Source: Alphaproteobacteria bacterium (lineage in GTDB: Bacteria; Pseudomonadota; Alphaproteobacteria; CALKHQ01). From it: 64,000 bases of DNA. Location: contig CBDDFZ010000002.1 of the NCBI GenBank assembly GCA_965227515.1, forward strand, positions 320,001-384,000. Direction: 5' to 3'. The notes beneath the pieces are model-generated. The model did not search any database. It was not told the origin of the DNA and saw only the letters and a program-made list of their open reading frames with translations. Below, piece by piece: positions 58,933-64,000 of this stretch (position 1 is the stretch's first letter; every line of letters begins with the position of its first letter). The translations under genes were made by a program, and so were the position numbers.

Positions 58933-59691
58933 TCAAACGCCGCAGAGCGGGCAGGCCGGGTCGCGGTTGACCTTCAGCTCGGTGAAGCGCGCGTCCAGGG
59001 CGTCGTAGATCACCAGCCGGCCGGACAGGCCGTCGCCCAGGCCCAGCAGCTCCTTCAGCGCTTCGGTCGCCATCAGGGTGCCGGCGACCCCCGCGACCGC
59101 TCCCAGGATCCCCGCCTGGTCGCAGCGCGGCACCAGGTCGGCGGGCGGCGGCGAGGGGAACGCACAGCGATAGCACGGGTGCGGCGCGCCCAGGTGCGGC
59201 TTGAAGGTCGAGATCTGCGCCTCGAAGCGCAGCAGCGCGCCGGAGATCAGCGGCACGCCGGCGCGAAAGCAGGCATCGTTGACCGCGTAGCGGGTGTCGA
59301 AGTTGTCGCTGCCGTCGATGGCGAGGTCGTGGCCGGCGATCAGTGCCTCGGCATTGTCGGCAGTCAGCCGCTGTTGCACCGTCTCCACCGTCACGTCGGG
59401 ATTGATCGCGGCCAGCGATGCCTTGGCGCTGGCGGTCTTCGGTGCGCCGACCCGTTCGGTGGCGTGGATCACCTGGCGTTGCAGATTGGAGAGGTCGACC
59501 ACGTCGTCGTCGACGACGGTCAGGTGGCCGACGCCCGCCGCCGCCAGATACATCAGCACCGGGGCGCCGAGGCCGCCGGCACCTACCGCCAGCACCCTTG
59601 CGCCGAGCAGGCGTTCCTGCCCCTCGTCGCCGACCTCGTCCAGGATCAGGTGGCGGGCATAGCGCTCGAACTGGCTGTCGGTCAGTTCCAT
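58933..59691 (-). CDS. moeB: MoeB/ThiF adenylyltransferase
   Basis: RYARHLIL, GAGGLG, DLSNLQRQ, DGSDNFDTRY, PCYRC, CPLC. Confidence 0.9.
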   Translation of the reverse strand: MELTDSQFERYARHLILDEVGDEGQERLLGARVLAVGAGGLGAPVLMYLAAAGVGHLTVVDDDVVDLSNLQRQVIHATERVGAPKTASAKASLAAINPDVTVETVQQRLTADNAEALIAGHDLAIDGSDNFDTRYAVNDACFRAGVPLISGALLRFEAQISTFKPHLGAPHPCYRCAFPSPPPADLVPRCDQAGILGAVAGVAGTLMATEALKELLGLGDGLSGRLVIYDALDARFTELKVNRDPACPLCGV

Positions 59692-59707
59692 GGTCGCTGC
59701 GTCGGCC

Positions 59708-60157
59708 TCAATGGCCTGTCGACCCGAAGCCGCCACCGCCCCGGGTGCTCTCGGGCAGGGCATCCACCGGCTCCCACGCGATCACCGTGACGGCCGCGAT
59801 CACCATCTGGGCGATGCGCATGCCGCGTTCGATCAGGAACGGCTCCTCGCCGAGGTTGACCATGATGGCGCCCACCTCGCCGCGATAGTCGCTGTCGATG
59901 GTGCCCGGCGCGTTGAGGACGGTAAGCCCGTGCTTGGCGGCAAGGCCTGACCGTGGCCGCACCTGCGCCTCGTAGCCCTGCGGCAGGGCGAGCGCGATGC
60001 CGGTCGGCACGATCGTCCGCGCGCCCGGGCGCAGCGTCAGCGGCTCCGCGACCGCGGCCAGCAGGTCCATGCCGGCGCTGCCGGGGGTGGCGTATGCGGG
60101 CAGGGGCAGGCCGGCCCCGCTGGGCAGCACCTGCACCGGAACGGCAATCGGACTCAT
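59708..60157 (-). CDS. dut: dUTP diphosphatase
   Basis: [39 protein letters not shown]. Confidence 0.97.
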   Translation of the reverse strand: MSPIAVPVQVLPSGAGLPLPAYATPGSAGMDLLAAVAEPLTLRPGARTIVPTGIALALPQGYEAQVRPRSGLAAKHGLTVLNAPGTIDSDYRGEVGAIMVNLGEEPFLIERGMRIAQMVIAAVTVIAWEPVDALPESTRGGGGFGSTGH

Positions 60158-61434
60158 GAGCCGCTGCCGGTGAACCCGACCGCGATGCGGCGGGCGAGCC
60201 TGACCGCGACGTCCAGCTTGGACATCGCCGGCCACGCCTCGTGCCCGTCCCCGTCGATCACCGTCACCGTGTTCCGTTGGCCGCCGAACGTTCCTGTATC
60301 GGGCGAAACGTCGTTGGCGACGATCCAGTCGCAGCCCTTGGCCTGCCGCTTGGCCTCGGCATTTGCGACCACGTTCTCGGTCTCCGCTGCGAAGCCGACC
60401 ACGATGGTGGGCCGTTCGGCGCCCTTGCGTGACAGGTCGGCCAGAATGTCCGGGTTCTGCTGCAGGTCGAGCGCCAGCGACGCCGAGGTCTTCTTCAGTT
60501 TCTCCGGCGCCTCGCTGACCACCCGCCAGTCGGCGACCGCCGCGGCGCACACCGCGATGTCGCAGGGCAGCTCCTTCAGCGCCGCGTCATGCATGTCGGC
60601 GGCACTCTCCACATAGCGGGTGATCACGCCGAGCGGCGCGCGGATGGCCGTGGGGCCGGTAATCAGGGTGGTTTCCGCGCCCAGGGCGGCGAGGGCGGCC
60701 GCGATGGCGTGGCCCTGCTTGCCGGAGGAGCGGTTGGCGATATAGCGCACCGGGTCGATCGGCTCGTGGGTCGGCCCGCTGGTAACGATGGCCCGCCGCC
60801 CGTGGAGTGGCAGTTGCAGCGATGCCCACGGCGTCGCCGGCTTCTCCCGGTGCATGGTGAGGTAGAGCTCGACGGCGGCGACGATATCCAATGGCTCAGC
60901 CAGGCGGCCCATGCCGAACTCGCCGCACGCCATCGCGCCGGACGTGGGGCCGACCACCCGCACGCCGCGCTGGCGCAGCGTCTCCATATTGGCCTTGGTC
61001 GCCGGGTGCGACCACATCCGCACGTTCATCGCCGGCACCAGCATGACCGGGGCGTCGGTCGCCATCAGCACGGTCGAGGCCAGATCGTCGGCATGGCCGT
61101 TCGCCATCTTGGCGATCAGGTCGGCGGTGGCGGGGCAGACCAGGATCAGGTCGGCGGCGCGCGACAGCTCGATGTGGCCCATCTCGTTTTCGTCTGTCAG
61201 CGAGAACAGGTCGGTATAGACCTTGTCCTCGGTCAGGGCCGACAGCGACAGCGGGGTCACGAACTCCGCCCCGGCCCGGGTCAGCACCGCGCGGGTGGCG
61301 ACACCCATCTCGCGCAGGCGCCGCACCACCTCCAGCGACTTGTAGGCGGCAATACCGCCGCCGACGATCAGCAGCACCCTGTGGGGCGCGGAGCCGGTCG
61401 CGGCGTTCCGGTCGTCGCTGGGGGCGTCGTTCAT
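60154..61434 (-). CDS. coaBC: Phosphopantothenoylcysteine decarboxylase/ligase
   Basis: [50 protein letters not shown]. Confidence 0.96.
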   Translation of the reverse strand: MNDAPSDDRNAATGSAPHRVLLIVGGGIAAYKSLEVVRRLREMGVATRAVLTRAGAEFVTPLSLSALTEDKVYTDLFSLTDENEMGHIELSRAADLILVCPATADLIAKMANGHADDLASTVLMATDAPVMLVPAMNVRMWSHPATKANMETLRQRGVRVVGPTSGAMACGEFGMGRLAEPLDIVAAVELYLTMHREKPATPWASLQLPLHGRRAIVTSGPTHEPIDPVRYIANRSSGKQGHAIAAALAALGAETTLITGPTAIRAPLGVITRYVESAADMHDAALKELPCDIAVCAAAVADWRVVSEAPEKLKKTSASLALDLQQNPDILADLSRKGAERPTIVVGFAAETENVVANAEAKRQAKGCDWIVANDVSPDTGTFGGQRNTVTVIDGDGHEAWPAMSKLDVAVRLARRIAVGFTGSGS

Positions 61435-61436
61435 GG

Positions 61437-61568
61437 CTAGATCATCACCAGGCCGGCCGCCAGTTGCGGCACCAGCAGGGCCGGCAACCCGGCGCCGAAC
61501 GGCAGGAACCCGAACGCGGTCCACAGCGGGGTCAGGTGACCACCAAGCACGATCATCATGAAGCTCAT
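61437..61568 (-). CDS. Putative 43-aa hydrophobic small protein or membrane-gene remnant
   Basis: MSFMMIVLGGHLTPLWTAFGFLPFGAGLPALLVPQLAAGLVMI; only 4 of 43 codons end in A/T; the stop lies 2 nt before the coaBC ATG. Confidence 0.45.
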   Translation of the reverse strand: MSFMMIVLGGHLTPLWTAFGFLPFGAGLPALLVPQLAAGLVMI

Positions 61569-61621
61569 GTCCAATGTCCTCGGCCGGCACCGCCAGCCCC
61601 GAAGTCTTGCACTCCGGCCGG

Positions 61622-63175
61622 TCAGTCGCCGACTATAGCGTATAAGATAGCCGCCAACAGGCCGGCGACCAGCACCCCGAACAGGAACGGCCAGACCCAG
61701 GCGAATTTGCGGCGGATACGCGCGGCGAGCTGCTCGACCGTCCGTTGCTCCAGGCGAATGCCCTGGTTGGCCGAAACCTCGAGCAACTGGCTGGCGTGCT
61801 CGATCAGCCGCGGGATCTCGCGCGCGGACTCCGTGGCGTCCTGCATGGCGCGGGCGATCTGCGCCTCCGGGCCGAACATCTGGCGCATCCAGGTCTCGAT
61901 CAGCGGGCGCGCCATCTCCCAGATGTTGACGCTGGGGTTGAGCGCCCGGCCCATGCCCTCGGCCATCAGCATCGTCTTCTGCAGCAGCAGCAGTTGCGGC
62001 TGCACCTCCATGCGGAAGGTGCGCGCCACATAGAACAACTGGCCGAGCAGGCGGGCGAGGGAGATCTCGTGCGCCGACCGGCCGAGAATGGGCGACCCGA
62101 TGGACCGGCACGCTTGCGCGAACACCTCGATCGGCACGTCGCTGTCGACGTAGCCGGCGCGCGCCTGCACCTCGGCCACCCGGTAGTAGTCGCCTTGCAG
62201 GAATGCCAGCAGCAGCTCGGCCAGGAACACCCGGTCCTCGCGGCTCAGCCTCCCCATGATGCCGAAGTCGATGGGCACGACGGCGCCGTCGGGGCCGACG
62301 AAGGCGTTGCCGCCGTGCATGTCGGCATGGAAGAAGCCGTCGCGGAACACCTGGTAGAAGAAAGACTCGGCTGCCTTTTGCAGCACCGCGTCGACGTCGT
62401 GGCCGGCCTCCAGCAGGGCGGCGCGATCGTCGATGCGAATGCCCTCGACCCGCTCCTGGGTCAGCACCCGGCGCGCGGTGCGGTCCCAGTCGATCGTGGG
62501 CGTGCGGTAGCCGTCGTCGTCGGCGAAGTTCTCGCCCAGCTCCTCGGCCGCCGCCGCTTCCATGCGCAGGTCCATCTCGATGCGCACGGTCTCCTCGAAG
62601 GTCCGGGCCACCTCCACCGGTTTCAGGCGCCTGAGCCGCGGCTGGGTGCGTTCCACGATCTCCGCGATCCAGAACGCCAGGTCCAGGTCGCGGGCGATCT
62701 GCTGCTCCACCCGGGGGCGCAGCACCTTGACCGCCACCTGCCGGCCATCGGTGGTCTCGGCGAAGTGGACCTGGGCGATGGAGGCGGCGGCCACCGGCTC
62801 GTCGTCGAAGCGGCGGAACAGCTCCGACACCGGGCGGCCAAGCTCGCGCTCGATGATGTCGCGGGCGATCATGCTGGGAAAGGCCGGCAGCCGGTCCTGC
62901 AGCTTGGTCAGGTCGGCGGCGGCCTCCTGCCCCACCAGGTCGGAGCGGACCGACAGCGCCTGGCCCAGCTTGATGAACGACGGCCCCAGCGCCTGGCAGG
63001 CGGCGGCCAGCCGCTCGCCCGGCCGGCCCTGCACATGGCCCAGCGAGAACTTGCGCATGAACCAGACCAGGGTCGGCGCCACGCCGAGCTGCTCCAGCGG
63101 GAACAGCGCGTTGTGCCGCGCCAGCGTGTGGGCGATCTGCAACAGGCGAAAGAGGTTGCGGATGATGCGCAGCAT
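61622..63175 (-). CDS. ubiB: UbiB (ABC1) ubiquinone biosynthesis kinase-like protein
   Basis: LGPSFIKLGQ, AAASIAQVH, VAVKVLRP, DGFFHADMHGGN, DFGIMG. Confidence 0.95.
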   Translation of the reverse strand: MLRIIRNLFRLLQIAHTLARHNALFPLEQLGVAPTLVWFMRKFSLGHVQGRPGERLAAACQALGPSFIKLGQALSVRSDLVGQEAAADLTKLQDRLPAFPSMIARDIIERELGRPVSELFRRFDDEPVAAASIAQVHFAETTDGRQVAVKVLRPRVEQQIARDLDLAFWIAEIVERTQPRLRRLKPVEVARTFEETVRIEMDLRMEAAAAEELGENFADDDGYRTPTIDWDRTARRVLTQERVEGIRIDDRAALLEAGHDVDAVLQKAAESFFYQVFRDGFFHADMHGGNAFVGPDGAVVPIDFGIMGRLSREDRVFLAELLLAFLQGDYYRVAEVQARAGYVDSDVPIEVFAQACRSIGSPILGRSAHEISLARLLGQLFYVARTFRMEVQPQLLLLQKTMLMAEGMGRALNPSVNIWEMARPLIETWMRQMFGPEAQIARAMQDATESAREIPRLIEHASQLLEVSANQGIRLEQRTVEQLAARIRRKFAWVWPFLFGVLVAGLLAAILYAIVGD

Positions 63176-63214
63176 GGCGGGCGGTTCAGCGCGGCACGCG
63201 AGAAGGACGCGGCA

Positions 63215-63952
63215 CTACAGCCGCCAGCCGGAATGGATCGCGGCAATGCCGCCCGACAGGTTGCGATAGCTGCAGCGCGACAGCCCCGCCGCTTCCATCG
63301 CCTCCACCAGGGCCGGCTGGTCCGGGAAGCGGCGGATGCTCTCGACCAGGTAGGCATAGGCGTCGCGGTCGCGCGCCACCAGCCCGCCGAGCCGGGGAAT
63401 GACATTGAACGAATAGGCGTCGTAGGCGCGGGCCATCAGCGGGTTCGCCACCCGGCTGAATTCCAGGCAGAAGAAGCGGCCGCCGGGCTTCAGCACCCGC
63501 CGCGCCTCCGCCAGCGCCTTGTCGATGTAGGTCACGTTGCGCAGGCCGAAGGCGATGACATAGGCGTCCATCGTGCGGTCCGGCAGCGGCAGCGCCTCGG
63601 CATTGCCGCACACCCAGGCGAGCCGCGCCTGCGATGCGCCGTGCCCCTGGTCCAGCATGCGGTCGCGCCCGACGCCGAGCATGGCCGCGTTGATGTCGCA
63701 GACGATGGCGTCCGCGCCCGCCCGCACGACACGGAAGGCGATGTCGCCGGTGCCGCCGGCCACGTCCAGCACCTGCATGCCCTCGCGCGGGCGGATCATG
63801 GCGACGAGCTGGCGCTTCCACAGCCGGTGGATGCCGCCGCTCATCAGGTCGTTCATGCGGTCGTAGCTGGGGGCGACCGCATCGAACACCTGGCGCACGC
63901 GGCCGGTCTTCTCGTCCGGCGACACCGCCGCGAAGCCGAACGAACCCGCCAT
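63215..63952 (-). CDS. ubiE: Ubiquinone/menaquinone C-methyltransferase
   Basis: YDRMNDLMSGGIHRLWK, LDVAGGTGDIA, IAFGLRNVT, YLVESIRRFP. Confidence 0.96.
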   Translation of the reverse strand: MAGSFGFAAVSPDEKTGRVRQVFDAVAPSYDRMNDLMSGGIHRLWKRQLVAMIRPREGMQVLDVAGGTGDIAFRVVRAGADAIVCDINAAMLGVGRDRMLDQGHGASQARLAWVCGNAEALPLPDRTMDAYVIAFGLRNVTYIDKALAEARRVLKPGGRFFCLEFSRVANPLMARAYDAYSFNVIPRLGGLVARDRDAYAYLVESIRRFPDQPALVEAMEAAGLSRCSYRNLSGGIAAIHSGWRL

Positions 63953-64000
63953 CTCCTCCGGTGCGCCCGTCCGTGTGCCGCCCGTGCGCGCGCCGCCCGT

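Overview
High-GC alphaproteobacterial chromosome segment. The gene order (proC-ybjN-ubiK/lgt-midA-pgeF, serC-serA-hisZ-purA, msbA-DUF374-waaA-lpxK-lpxL, ubiE-ubiB-coaBC-dut-moeB, thrC-M16 peptidase-rimJ) suggests a Rhodospirillales-like lineage; this is inference. Three accessory blocks sit in the housekeeping backbone. (1) A form I Mo-Cu CO dehydrogenase cluster: MHYT-LytTR regulator plus coxMSLDEF, CoxL motif AYRCSFR, no coxG. (2) An uncharacterised catabolic operon coupling a two-subunit ATP-dependent hydantoinase/oxoprolinase to a second three-subunit Mo-hydroxylase with an unusual PYRGCGR loop; this is the best candidate for an undescribed pathway, probably N-heterocycle oxidation to a lactam followed by ring opening. 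It is followed by a lipoprotein, an LCCL-domain secreted protein and a degenerate GGDEF/EAL protein. (3) A Fic-HTH gene whose promoter carries six 11-bp boxes in a 55-bp periodic array, next to a VOC-ArsR-SRPBCC operon. Intergenic regions hold at least three families of palindromic REP/MITE-like elements: one shows compensatory base changes, and one pair of its arms brackets a small secreted-protein gene as a perfect 28-bp inverted repeat. No rRNA, tRNA, CRISPR array or transposase was recognised. All calls come from motif reading by eye; no database searches were run.
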